DNA of 64,000 bases from an uncultured Nitrososphaerota archaeon (GCA_963701075.1 OY969559.1:1440001-1504000), one strand, 5' to 3'. Positions 1-9,822 are shown, counted from the first letter of the stretch. Numbers and translations are program-made. The notes: generated by a model not told the origin, from the sequence alone.

Positions 1-466
1 TGATGTCTGCAAAGCAATAGGTGACAATCTTGGCGAAGATTCTTTCCTATACTGGGCAAACAAGAACAACATACCTGTAATAGTTCCAGGAATAATGGAT
101 GGCGCAGTAGGAAGCCAGATTTGGATGTTTACACAAAAACACAATGATTTTAGACTAAATGTCGCTTCTGATGGAGATCTGCTGTCAGGCATAATCTTCA
201 AGGCAAAAAAATCTGGCGCTTTAATGATAGGGGGAGGAATCTCAAAACATCACACATTGTGGTGGAATCAATATCGAGGCGGATTGGATTATGCAGTGTA
301 TATTACAACTGCGCAAGAGTTTGATGGCAGTCTGAGCGGAGCACTTGTAAGGGAAGCAATCTCGTGGGGCAAGGTAACCCAAAATGCAAAACAGACAACC
401 ATACATGCAGAAGCAACTACAATTCTACCATTTCTATATTCGGCACTGCTTTCCAAGATCAAATAG
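1..466 (+). CDS. dys: Deoxyhypusine synthase, 5'-truncated by window edge
   Basis: Motifs PGIMDGAVG, IGGGISKH, ITTAQEFDGSLSGA and EAISWGK are typical of DHS. Confidence 0.95.
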   Translation, partial: DVCKAIGDNLGEDSFLYWANKNNIPVIVPGIMDGAVGSQIWMFTQKHNDFRLNVASDGDLLSGIIFKAKKSGALMIGGGISKHHTLWWNQYRGGLDYAVYITTAQEFDGSLSGALVREAISWGKVTQNAKQTTIHAEATTILPFLYSALLSKIK

Positions 467-1184
467 TATAGATATTTTTTTGATAAATCTCTTTGAAACC
501 TAATTTCAAATAAAAATCAAGCAACCCGTCACGATGATATGTTTCAAGCATAAGCGATTCTAGATTACGCCTCCTTACTTCATTAAGAGCAAAATCAATC
601 AGCGAAATGGCAAGACCTCTCTTTCTCATATTTGGGATGGTCCCAAGACAATAAAGCCCCAATATAGAATTTTTTTCATATAGTGCCACGCAGGAACTAA
701 TCGAATCGTCAACGTAATACTCTACCAAAGGAATTGATTTTTTCACCATTTTATCTACAGAGGCCACCCAATCATGACAATCATATGCATGACAGAACGT
801 TTTTGACCATAGCATAGAATCATCACTAGATATCATACGCGCTTTTGAGATTTTTGGCGAATCTGGTACTTTTGTGAGAACGTGCTGAACGTCATAGAGT
901 CTGAAATTTTTCTTGAGGAGACTTTCTTCAAGTTCAGGATAATTCAATGCATAAACATATGGAGTCGTGTCATGTTTAGCAAAGAGGACTAGAGCATCAT
1001 CTATCATTTCGTTACTGATACAAGTTATGTCTGTGAGTTTGTCAAAAAAAATGTCATTTGGAAGGTCTTGGCTAAAAAAGAATGTACCACATTTTAGAGT
1101 TACCGAACTTGTCCACAGACCAGTGAAAGAGCGGTCTATTGCTTCTAGTCGGGATATCAGATTATTATTCCCAATACTTGACAT
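459..1184 (-). CDS. GNAT-family acetyltransferase
   Basis: C-terminal acetyl-CoA motif A (LGTIPNMRKRGLA) and FYLKLGF. Overlaps the end of the upstream CysRS-like gene. Confidence 0.85.
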   Translation of the reverse strand: MSSIGNNNLISRLEAIDRSFTGLWTSSVTLKCGTFFFSQDLPNDIFFDKLTDITCISNEMIDDALVLFAKHDTTPYVYALNYPELEESLLKKNFRLYDVQHVLTKVPDSPKISKARMISSDDSMLWSKTFCHAYDCHDWVASVDKMVKKSIPLVEYYVDDSISSCVALYEKNSILGLYCLGTIPNMRKRGLAISLIDFALNEVRRRNLESLMLETYHRDGLLDFYLKLGFKEIYQKNIYTI

Positions 1185-2362
1185 ATTCGTTGAAAATCAT
1201 CATATCCTATATTACTTCCTGCAATTACTTTGGAACAAATATTTTCAAATATTTCAAGCGCTTTTGGAGAATTCAGATCATCATCTAGTGCTGCAAAAAA
1301 TTCATCGACCATTGGGGAGAGTTCAGAGTCAGTTTTTTTGGATGTTTTTGTTCCTACAAGACTGATTTTTTCTAAGAATTGTTTTTTTCCAGCAATTTGC
1401 TTTTCGTCAAAATTAACATCTTCACGATAATGGGTGGAGAAAACATAAAGCCGCAACAGATTTTGGCCATATTTTTGTGTTAGATCTCTTGACCACACAA
1501 CATTACCAAGTGATTTTGACATCTTTTCTCCATTTGAGAGAACAAGCCCCACATGCATCCATGTCTTGACTGGGTTTTCAGATGTTGAAAACATCTTGTA
1601 TTGAGCCAGATGGGCTTCGTGATGAGGATACAAGAGTTCCCTTGCTCCTCCATGTATATCGTAATTTGGACCAAAATTTTCCAATGCAACAGTAGTGTCT
1701 TGCATGTGCCACCATGGAATTCCACTCCCAAACCTACTTTTCCATGAGAATCCAAAATCATCAGAACAATTCCATAACATGATATCTTCTTGGCTTTTCT
1801 TGTTAGGCCCTATATCCAACCTGTGAAGTTGAAGCTGGTTTCGTGATTGCTTAGATAACATTCCGTATTTTCCATCTTTTGAGATATCAAGATAGACATT
1901 ACCATTTGCATAGTATGCAATTTTTCGTTCCAATAATTGAGATATGTGACTTTCCATAGAACAGACATAATCTGAAACATATGCAAACCTGCTTATGCTT
2001 TTTATATTCAAGAGATTTAGATCTTCGGCAAATTTCTGTGCATAGAATCTAGCAATCGCATGATAATCTTTTGATTCATCTTTTGCTTTGTTGAATACGT
2101 TTTGATTAATATCAGTCATATTGACTAGAACATCAGTATCATAACCTCGTTCGTGCAAATGTCTACACAAAAGGTCGTATGTAAGAAATATTCTAGCGTG
2201 CCCCAAATGGGTATAATCATATAATGTTGGACCACAGATGAATATCTTCACCATATTTTTCTCAAAAGGTTCGAATCTGTCTTTATTTGAGGAAAAGGAA
2301 TTGAAGATCTTTATCATGACGTGTTCGTTATCGTACACTGAGCCATCGATAGAATTTGACAC
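1157..2362 (-). CDS. Cysteinyl-tRNA synthetase-like protein lacking the C-terminal anticodon-binding domain
   Basis: CGPTLY, HLGH, DIHGG, PHHE and KMSKS motifs. The protein ends just after the DALR-type helices (ALDDDLNSPKA) at 401 aa. Confidence 0.85.
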   Translation of the reverse strand: MSNSIDGSVYDNEHVMIKIFNSFSSNKDRFEPFEKNMVKIFICGPTLYDYTHLGHARIFLTYDLLCRHLHERGYDTDVLVNMTDINQNVFNKAKDESKDYHAIARFYAQKFAEDLNLLNIKSISRFAYVSDYVCSMESHISQLLERKIAYYANGNVYLDISKDGKYGMLSKQSRNQLQLHRLDIGPNKKSQEDIMLWNCSDDFGFSWKSRFGSGIPWWHMQDTTVALENFGPNYDIHGGARELLYPHHEAHLAQYKMFSTSENPVKTWMHVGLVLSNGEKMSKSLGNVVWSRDLTQKYGQNLLRLYVFSTHYREDVNFDEKQIAGKKQFLEKISLVGTKTSKKTDSELSPMVDEFFAALDDDLNSPKALEIFENICSKVIAGSNIGYDDFQRICQVLGIII

Positions 2363-2617
2363 ATAAAATGATATCCATCGCTTACCGGAATTCTTTTAAA
2401 TTGCGCATAAATTTTGCCTGATTTCGTTTACTATTTATCAAAAATGAGTTGACTTGGTACTAGTTTGCGATCAGAATTAAAAACTTACAACTATTTTTGA
2501 AAACCGAGTCCGGGGGTTTGAAAAGGCATAGTTTGGGCCCTGAAATCCCCAGTTACAGAAACAGGGTGAGGAGAAATGAGAAACAAAAATGTCTCGAAAA
2601 TCAATAAAACTGTAGGA

Positions 2618-3067
2618 TTATTTTACAACCAAAACCGGGCATCGTGCATATCGTACAACATCGCCTGAAACGCTTCCAAGCAGGAATTTCTTAAAGCCAG
2701 ATTTCCCCGTACCGCCAACCACAATGACATCAGCTTTCTCCTTTTCAGCATATTTGATGATTGCTCCAGGTATGGAGTAGATCTCCTCGACTGTATCAGT
2801 CTTTAAATCAACTCCAATTTCAGAGGCATTTCTTCGCATCTTGCTAAACCAACCTTCTGTCTCATCTTTGGCTTTTTTTAGAAACTCCTTAAATGATTTT
2901 TCAGTGCTGTATGTCAATACGGAAGCAGGAGTGTAAATTACACTCATGACGACAAGTTTGGCGTTGTCGTTCTTTGCCATTGCAATACCGCGCTCAGCCG
3001 CTTCTATGGAGTTTGGCGAACCATCGATGGCAACTAAGATTTTTGAAAACTTGCCTGACTTGGCCAT
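2618..3067 (-). CDS. Universal stress protein (UspA family)
   Basis: KILVAIDGS N-terminus and a GxxGxxG...LLGSVS...CPVLVVK C-terminus. Confidence 0.95.
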   Translation of the reverse strand: MAKSGKFSKILVAIDGSPNSIEAAERGIAMAKNDNAKLVVMSVIYTPASVLTYSTEKSFKEFLKKAKDETEGWFSKMRRNASEIGVDLKTDTVEEIYSIPGAIIKYAEKEKADVIVVGGTGKSGFKKFLLGSVSGDVVRYARCPVLVVK

Positions 3068-3124
3068 ACAGAAAAGATGTAAAATAAGTTATTAAATTGG
3101 TCTTAGAATTTCAAGAGTGATAAC

Positions 3125-3140
3125 CAACTCATCCTAAAAC
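3125..3140 (+). repeat. Left terminal inverted repeat of the IS5-family element
   Basis: Exact reverse complement of 3983-3998. Confidence 0.9.
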
Positions 3141-3203
3141 TGATCATTTAGTAAATTTTTGACGATCACTGGATCTATCAGATGGAATAATCACACTGAT
3201 TCC

Positions 3204-3994
3204 ATGAAATTCCAAGAAATCTCAGACAAACAATGGGAAACAATACAAAAACACCTTCCATCGCCTGCCAGAACAGGCAGACCAAGGTGTGATGACCGTA
3301 CCACAATAAATGGAATCATGTTTATTCTGGTTACCGGCTGCAGGTGGGAGGAGATGCCAAAAAGATACGGCTCAAAATCAACTGCTCATCTCAGATTGCA
3401 GAAATGGCAGCAAAAAGGAATCTGGCAAAATATCTTATCTGATGCAATAAAATCAGCACACCATTCAGGGAAGATACAGCTGCAAAAGGTATCGGTTGAT
3501 TCGTCAACTGTTGCAGCCAAAAAAGGGGAGATGTGACAGGATACGACGGATTCAAAAGAATATCAGGCACGAAAATACATGTTGCAGTAGATTGCAATTC
3601 ACTTCCAGTATCAATAATTATTGGTCCTGCAAATGAGCATGATTCAACAAAGCTCATCGATGTGATGGAAAACATCTCTGAATATCTTGATGATGATTCC
3701 ATAGAACAGATCGTAGCTGTATATGCAGACAAGGGTTATGATGCAAAAAAGATTAGAGAGTATCTAAAGAATAGAAACATCAGGGACTGCATTCCATCCA
3801 GAAATTTCAAAAATAACAACAATAAGAAAAGTCAGAGTAATTACAACAGGACAAGATACGTGGTGGAGAGATTCTTTGCATGGCTCAAATGTGGATTCCA
3901 CAGAATTAGAATCAGATATGAGAGAATTGCAGAAAATTATCTGGCATTTCTTAACATTACTGGAATAATGATGTATTGGAGGGTTTTAGGATGA
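3204..3994 (+). CDS. IS5-family DDE transposase, two ORFs joined by a -1 shift at AAAAAAGGGG (3519-3528)
   Basis: OrfA begins MKFQEISDKQW and contains TGCRW and SVDSS. OrfB contains GTKIHVAVD, YADKGYD and RYVVERFFAWLK. The join restores AKKGGDVTGYDG. Confidence 0.92.
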
Positions 3995-3998
3995 GTTG
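3983..3998 (-). repeat. Right terminal inverted repeat of the IS5-family element
   Basis: Exact reverse complement of 3125-3140. Contains the transposase stop codon. Confidence 0.9.
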
Positions 3999-4162
3999 AA
4001 CATGTTTCGAATGCGCTCTAGGGCAATGCATCAGTACCAATATTTGTTGGATTTTCAACGTTTGAATTCAGATCTGTGAAAGTCTTTTATCATATAGGTC
4101 ATCAGTTTCAGAATTGAAAATGGTCTTTCCACTTTAAATAAACAGTTTACTGCTTTGATATT

Positions 4163-4594
4163 GTGAAAGTAAAACGGATTCTAGTTCCACTTGACGGCTC
4201 TGAAAACTCCCTCAAGTCCTTGAGAAACGCGATAGACTTGGCAAGCCAATGCGGAGCTTCTGTTATTGGCCTACATATCATTACCAGTATGAGTGCTTTT
4301 GCTGCAATACACCCAATAGTACTAAGCGGAAGCAAATGGCCTAAAAACGTAAGAGACTTGATGAGCGATGCCAAGAAGATTGCTGCCAAGAATAAAGTAC
4401 CTTATGAAGAGATTGTCATAGGTGGCCAAGTTGCAGGATACGACATTGTTACTTTTGCAGATAGCAATAGAAACAAGATAGATCTGATAGTGATGGGACA
4501 CAGGGGATTAACCCTCCTAAGAGAGGTCTTTCTTGGCAGTACAGCAAATTTTGTCATTCACAAATCAAAGACACCTGTTTTACTGATAAGATAA
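4163..4594 (+). CDS. Universal stress protein (UspA family)
   Basis: RILVPLDGS...DLIVMGHRG...FLGSTANFVIHKSKTPVLLIR. Confidence 0.95.
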   Translation: MKVKRILVPLDGSENSLKSLRNAIDLASQCGASVIGLHIITSMSAFAAIHPIVLSGSKWPKNVRDLMSDAKKIAAKNKVPYEEIVIGGQVAGYDIVTFADSNRNKIDLIVMGHRGLTLLREVFLGSTANFVIHKSKTPVLLIR

Positions 4595-4776
4595 GATCAA
4601 GTAACAAATCACAACATATCTCATAATGTGGACAGCGAGAAAAATTCAGGAAAAGGCTTCATAAAAACGAATATTTACTAAATATCAAAAATGACAATTT
4701 AACAAGTAGGTGATTTAGATATCCTGTCGGGGATTGAACGCATGGTTTAAACTCAAGAAGGCTCCTTCTAGCATTA

Positions 4777-6102
4777 TTGTCACTCACTCTCCAGACTGTT
4801 GCATTAAACAAGGTGGGAGAATCAAATCTATACTATGATTATGCATTTAGATGGTTTGATTTTGCAATAAAATACAATTCTGCACTTTTAGACGCAAGCT
4901 CAAAAGCATTTGAAACTTTTCTTAGTACAAGAGAAGGGACAGCTCAGAATATAGAGAAAACTATCAGATCCTCTTTTGATACTACATTACGAGATGATCT
5001 AAATGATAATGCGTTGGCATCAAGCATGGCAAATTATGTTGATTCTTGGGCAAAACTGTGTGATCATTTCGGATATAAACAAATCACTGCCAATTTCTAC
5101 GACTTTGTCTCTTATGCAAACAGAATGCTTGAACCGTTGAGAGACAACATTGACCGAACGCCATCTGAGGTCATCAAGATGAAGGGCAGGTTCGATCTGC
5201 TACACTATAAATCAGATCATCCCACGGTACAAAAAACCCCTCTCCTTGTAGTAGGCTCGCTTATCAACAGATATTATATTTTGGATCTCCTACCTCATGT
5301 TAGCATCATAAAAAATCTCCAAAGACAAGGCTTTGATATTTATGCAACTGATTGGGGAACCCCCAAGTCATTTGACAAGGACCTGTCACTTGAGACCTAT
5401 GCAGAAGAATACGTGGAAAACGCAGTAGAAAAAGTCAAGCAAGTAACTGGTTCTGACAAGGTATCACTGTTTGGCTACTGTTGGGGAGGACTTTTTGCAC
5501 TCATTTACACTTCGACACATCAAGAGAATGTAAAGAATCTAATTTTGCATGCAACCCCAGTTGATATTGACAAGGAAAAGACGATAATAGAAAACTGGAC
5601 TGCACATCTCAATGCAGATAGTCTGGTTGATGCATTTGGCAACATACCTGGCTGGCTTATCAACCTTGGATTTCTTCTTCGCAATCCTGTGGAAGCAATG
5701 CTAAAGTACCCACGGTATTTCAGCGAGCCCAGAAGCCTTGATGAAATACAGCAGTTTTTTGCGATTGAGACGTGGTTATACGACAGCAGACCAATAATAG
5801 GACAAGTTTACCGTGAGATAGTAGACCAAGTTTACAGGAAGAACCTTTTGATAAAAAACAAGATGAAGGTGGGCTCTGACATTATAAACTTGAAGAATAT
5901 CACAGTACCACTTATTGACATAGTTGGCACCAAGGACGACTTGGTACCTCCATCAGCAAGTACATCGGTAATTAATGCAGTGAGCAGCACGGACAAAAAA
6001 CTGATTGAATTTCCAACAGGTCATGTAGGACTTTGCATAAGCAATGCAGCGCATGAAAAATTATGGCCAGAGGTTGGCAGATGGATTGCCCAAAGGTCTT
6101 AG
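4777..6102 (+). CDS. phaC: Class III poly(3-hydroxyalkanoate) synthase PhaC with N-terminal extension
   Basis: PLLVVGSLINRYYILDL, lipase-box GYCWGG, catalytic Asp (DDLVP) and His (TGHVGL). Confidence 0.9.
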   Translation: MSLTLQTVALNKVGESNLYYDYAFRWFDFAIKYNSALLDASSKAFETFLSTREGTAQNIEKTIRSSFDTTLRDDLNDNALASSMANYVDSWAKLCDHFGYKQITANFYDFVSYANRMLEPLRDNIDRTPSEVIKMKGRFDLLHYKSDHPTVQKTPLLVVGSLINRYYILDLLPHVSIIKNLQRQGFDIYATDWGTPKSFDKDLSLETYAEEYVENAVEKVKQVTGSDKVSLFGYCWGGLFALIYTSTHQENVKNLILHATPVDIDKEKTIIENWTAHLNADSLVDAFGNIPGWLINLGFLLRNPVEAMLKYPRYFSEPRSLDEIQQFFAIETWLYDSRPIIGQVYREIVDQVYRKNLLIKNKMKVGSDIINLKNITVPLIDIVGTKDDLVPPSASTSVINAVSSTDKKLIEFPTGHVGLCISNAAHEKLWPEVGRWIAQRS

Positions 6103-6286
6103 TTGATTCAAACTACTTGGCAATGATGGCCAATAGTATGACTAAGTAGGATTGCCTGTCTCTCGTATTTGTAAGAATAGACATCTTGATCTCAATGAGT
6201 AAAATGCTATAAAAATATGCGTAGTTTAAAGCAAATAATTAAAATGACATCCATGCTTTAAAAGTATGTAGTAATATAGGAATTCC

Positions 6287-7000
6287 ATGGCTAACGAAAT
6301 AACTGTCAGAGAACTAAAATCAATCAACATAGAAGGAGGTTTTGTAGTAGATGGTTTTCCTTATGCTGGACTGGCCAATGCCATAGCCACAGAGTCTTTG
6401 ATAAATACAACATCTAGATTCGAATTGGCGGGCGTACTTGATTCAGAACTTTTCCCTCCAATCAGCATCATAAGAGATGAGGTACCTAACTTTCCTGCAA
6501 GAATATTTGTCAACGAGGATCTCAAGGTGGCAGTATTTTCATCTTATTTAACACCTCATGAATCACTTCACAGAGAGGTAGCAAGAACCATGTTAAAGTG
6601 GGCAAATGATCACAAATGTTCTCTCATAGTAAGCAGTTCTGCGGTAAAAACGGACGAAAAACCGTTCGTCATAGGAGTTGCCAGTACTGAAAACGCAAAG
6701 AAACGATTAACTGATGCCGAAATTCCAATACTTAAAAACGGCACTGTCCCTGGCATTCCTGGAATTTTGTTAAATGAAGGTGCCATTACAAAAACTAATG
6801 TCATAGTCCTTTTGTACAAAGGCCAAGAGACCGGACCAGACTTTAGAGCAGGTGCAGAAATTTGCATGGCAATGTCAAAGCTTGTTCCGGGTGTAGCATG
6901 CGATTTCAGAACTTTAATGAGTGAAGCAGAAAATATTGAACAGAGCCTGAAACAAACAGAACAAGAAGCTGGCCCACTACGGGATGCAATCTACGGATGA
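6287..7000 (+). CDS. Proteasome assembly chaperone (PAC2 family)
   Basis: DGFPYAGL..IATE, FPP..I, P.RIF and PDFRAG motifs. Confidence 0.88.
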   Translation: MANEITVRELKSINIEGGFVVDGFPYAGLANAIATESLINTTSRFELAGVLDSELFPPISIIRDEVPNFPARIFVNEDLKVAVFSSYLTPHESLHREVARTMLKWANDHKCSLIVSSSAVKTDEKPFVIGVASTENAKKRLTDAEIPILKNGTVPGIPGILLNEGAITKTNVIVLLYKGQETGPDFRAGAEICMAMSKLVPGVACDFRTLMSEAENIEQSLKQTEQEAGPLRDAIYG

Positions 7001-7245
7001 GTTATCAAGAGCGAGAGATCGCAAAAGATAGTCTGCCAAAACATCTCCGAGTCCTAGATTCTGACGAGGGAATAAGAATCGAAGATAAAATAGGATTTGT
7101 TTTTATCAATAAAACATCTAGAAGATATTGTGTGAACATATCAAAAAACGGTTTTGATGAATTTTTCTACATGTATAATGCTGACGAGGTGTTGGATTTT
7201 TTAGCAAAGAAGATAGACCCTACGTCCAAAATTTTCTCATATTAG
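6997..7245 (+). CDS. Hypothetical protein
   Basis: 82-aa ORF coupled by an ATGA overlap to the PAC2 gene. Confidence 0.65.
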   Translation: MSYQEREIAKDSLPKHLRVLDSDEGIRIEDKIGFVFINKTSRRYCVNISKNGFDEFFYMYNADEVLDFLAKKIDPTSKIFSY

Positions 7246-7264
7246 ATATTAGAAAAATGTCCAC

Positions 7265-7882
7265 ATGACTACACTACTAGAATTTGCATTAACAGTCATT
7301 ACGATTTCAGTTTCCGGTGTCATGTCTCCGGGGCCTCTTTTTGCAGCAAATGTTGCATATGGCATAAGAGGCGGGTGGAAAACAGGAATTAAAATGGCAT
7401 TTGGACACACAGTTGTTGAGTTTCCACTTGTCATACTTCTTGGAATTGGCGCAATTTCTTTTGCTACCTTTCCACAGTTCAGAGAATACATTGCCATACT
7501 TGGCTCCGTAAGCCTCTTTATTTTTGCTGGACTACAGGTTAGAACCACTTTAAGAGAATCACCTTCTGGCCGCTTACCAAAACATGGTCCGTTTTTCATA
7601 GGAATCCTATTGAGTGCACTCAATCCATTTTTCTTGATTTGGTGGATTACAATAGGTTTCAAGTTAATTTCTGATGCTATACTACTATACTCATTTGTTG
7701 GAATTGGTATAATGTTTGGATTTCACATATGGATGGACTATACGTGGCTAGGGGCGGTGGGATTTTTGTCTAGCCGTGGGAAAAAGATCCTCTCAACGAG
7801 AAACTACAAAGTTTTCATGATTGCGCTAAGTGGGGTTCTAGTTTATTTTGGAATGAATTTCCTAGTCCAAGCCGTTCATTAA
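7265..7882 (+). CDS. LysE-family translocator
   Basis: SPGPLF, GH..VE and SALNPFF..WW motifs with several TM helices. Confidence 0.9.
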   Translation: MTTLLEFALTVITISVSGVMSPGPLFAANVAYGIRGGWKTGIKMAFGHTVVEFPLVILLGIGAISFATFPQFREYIAILGSVSLFIFAGLQVRTTLRESPSGRLPKHGPFFIGILLSALNPFFLIWWITIGFKLISDAILLYSFVGIGIMFGFHIWMDYTWLGAVGFLSSRGKKILSTRNYKVFMIALSGVLVYFGMNFLVQAVH

Positions 7883-8139
7883 CCACAATCAAGTATATCC
7901 ACATTGCCTTTACAGTCATTGTCAAATTGAGATATCTCGTCATTTAGTTGAGCACATAGTTCGGGATCTTTTGTCTGATCGTATGTTTTTAGATCACTCG
8001 TAATGTCAATTTGTTTTATTGGACACTTGTCGACAAATCCGAAATTATACGATACAACTACTGCAATCACGCCAGACAGCACTATGACCAAGGCATACTT
8101 TAGAAACTTGCTAACCATCTTCAGGTTTGGAAACATCAA
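7879..8139 (-). CDS. Small membrane-anchored Cys-rich hypothetical protein (start uncertain)
   Basis: One N-terminal hydrophobic helix followed by four Cys. Confidence 0.6.
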   Translation of the reverse strand: MMFPNLKMVSKFLKYALVIVLSGVIAVVVSYNFGFVDKCPIKQIDITSDLKTYDQTKDPELCAQLNDEISQFDNDCKGNVDILDCG

Positions 8140-8398
8140 CCTCGATTGTTGATACGTTTCTTGCTTTTCCGTCCTTTGATTCCATTTTTTCGGAAAAAAT
8201 CCTTACACCGCTGACCTTGTAACCCACTGCATTCATTCTCTTAACTATCATTTGTGATACATCTACTGCTGCAGTTATGCTCTTGCCCCTTGCCTTTATT
8301 GTCACTGTGGGCTCATTTGCAAGCAATGTCAGAGTAGCATTCACATATGTAAGAATGGGTTTTTTACCAATGAAGACGATATTTGGCGGTCTTGGCAC
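8111..8398 (-). CDS. albA: DNA/RNA-binding protein Alba
   Basis: VFIGKKP..YV, VTIKARGKSI..AVDV and RNVSTIEV. Confidence 0.95.
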   Translation of the reverse strand: MPRPPNIVFIGKKPILTYVNATLTLLANEPTVTIKARGKSITAAVDVSQMIVKRMNAVGYKVSGVRIFSEKMESKDGKARNVSTIEVDVSKPEDG

Positions 8399-8653
8399 AG
8401 ACCAACTCTTTTTGTGTTTTATTTAATGGTTAGGAGATTGGAAATGTGCTTTACCAAACTATTTTACACCAAAAAATCGTGCATGAGTATGTATTGTAGC
8501 GGTCATTTTTCAGTTCCATCCTCTAATGATATGAAGAATTTTTTCGTGATTTGTTCTCATTTGACGTATTTCAGCATTCCAGTCTACTTGTTCAAATTCT
8601 GACATGCCAGAACAGTACGATTTGTTTGATTTTAAGATTCTAGTTAATTTTTG

Positions 8654-9739
8654 TTATTCGGTACTATTCATAATTTTGGTTGAAATATCAATCGTTTTTG
8701 CTAATAGACTTGCCAAACACAAATACTCGATTGTTTTGAATGGGTCATCCTGCACGATTTCATCGTGAACCGTCGGATTTCGTATTCCTTGTATTGAACC
8801 TGCAAACAGATTCATGAATCCTAGTTGTTCGTCTTTTTCAGTCTTAGTTCTAAGCTGATTTAATCTCAATATTGGAGAATTTGGGCTAAAGACCGTTTGC
8901 ATTAGAGGAACTCCATCCAAATCATGCCTCTCTGATTTACTCTTTACCATATGGGTTATCCTCTTGAGAGCTTCGGTTATTGCTTGAGCGTAGTGTCCGT
9001 CTTTGAAGAGTTTTGAGCTTACACGTTTTATCTCAGGATGCAATTCTAAAGATTCAAAAATTTGAATGTGTTTAGGAAGTTTAGCATTTCCAGATGAAAG
9101 TTTTGGAGGATAGGCTTGTGCGTATTTCGGTACGCCGTTTGAATGTTTACCCACATACACAATAAAATCTAATTTCGTAACAGCCATTGTTATAGCGCGT
9201 TTTGTAAAAGCATATCCTTCAGATTTAGCAAAATTCTGAATATCCCATAAACTAACGGGTTTTGAAAATTTTCCCGATTCCCACATCGTACGAATGAATT
9301 CTACTGGCAATCTAATTACTTCCGATTCGGTCTTCTTTCCATCTTCAATGATCTCTAATGTAATGTGTTTTCTAGTAAAAACTGAGTGAGTATTACTAAA
9401 AATAAGATATAGTGTTTGGTCCTCAACTATATTCAATTTGACAGAGTGTTCTACGGTTTTAGCAATTTTATGAACTACATCTTTTGGAGTATAAATAGTA
9501 GCATTAGACTGTTGGGCTGGAAGCTCACTAAACCATTTAAGAAAAGGCGCTTCATTCATTACATAAAATCCTATATCATAAACCAAGTCGTTGTTTCCTT
9601 GTTTTACCGAAAATTTGATTGTAATTTCTCGATCTATTTTTCCATTGCGATAAGAATGGTAAGGAACGAAATACCATCCATAAAGACTAGTACCTAGTGT
9701 GAAAGTTTTTGAAAAGGTAGACACCTGAGTTTGCTTCAT
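8654..9739 (-). CDS. Multidomain protein with C-terminal TIGR02391 (Ymh/HEPN-like) domain
   Basis: LHPEI...LFKDGHYAQAI..A, LDG..LM..VFS, EQ.GF..LFAG...GIRNP..H in the C-terminal third. Confidence 0.85.
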   Translation of the reverse strand: MKQTQVSTFSKTFTLGTSLYGWYFVPYHSYRNGKIDREITIKFSVKQGNNDLVYDIGFYVMNEAPFLKWFSELPAQQSNATIYTPKDVVHKIAKTVEHSVKLNIVEDQTLYLIFSNTHSVFTRKHITLEIIEDGKKTESEVIRLPVEFIRTMWESGKFSKPVSLWDIQNFAKSEGYAFTKRAITMAVTKLDFIVYVGKHSNGVPKYAQAYPPKLSSGNAKLPKHIQIFESLELHPEIKRVSSKLFKDGHYAQAITEALKRITHMVKSKSERHDLDGVPLMQTVFSPNSPILRLNQLRTKTEKDEQLGFMNLFAGSIQGIRNPTVHDEIVQDDPFKTIEYLCLASLLAKTIDISTKIMNSTE

Positions 9740-9822
9740 ACTAGAAAGTTAGAAAAGATCTAGAATTTAAGCAAAATGCCACAATGGTTCTTTTTTATTT
9801 AGACGAAGCCCCACCTCACCAC

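Larger units (their letters stand above)
3125..3998 (+). mobile_element. Complete IS5-family insertion sequence (874 bp)
   Basis: Perfect 16-bp terminal inverted repeats CAACTCATCCTAAAAC (3125-3140) and GTTTTAGGATGAGTTG (3983-3998). Flanking AAC direct repeat (3122-3124 and 3999-4001). Two-ORF transposase inside. Confidence 0.93.

Noticed and set aside
2550-2585. ACAGAAAC...GGTGA resembling part of RNase P RNA
   Set aside because: The region is far too short and lacks the P4 signature sequences.
8414-8602. 62-aa ORF upstream of alba
   Set aside because: It overlaps the likely alba promoter, has atypical composition and shows no motif.
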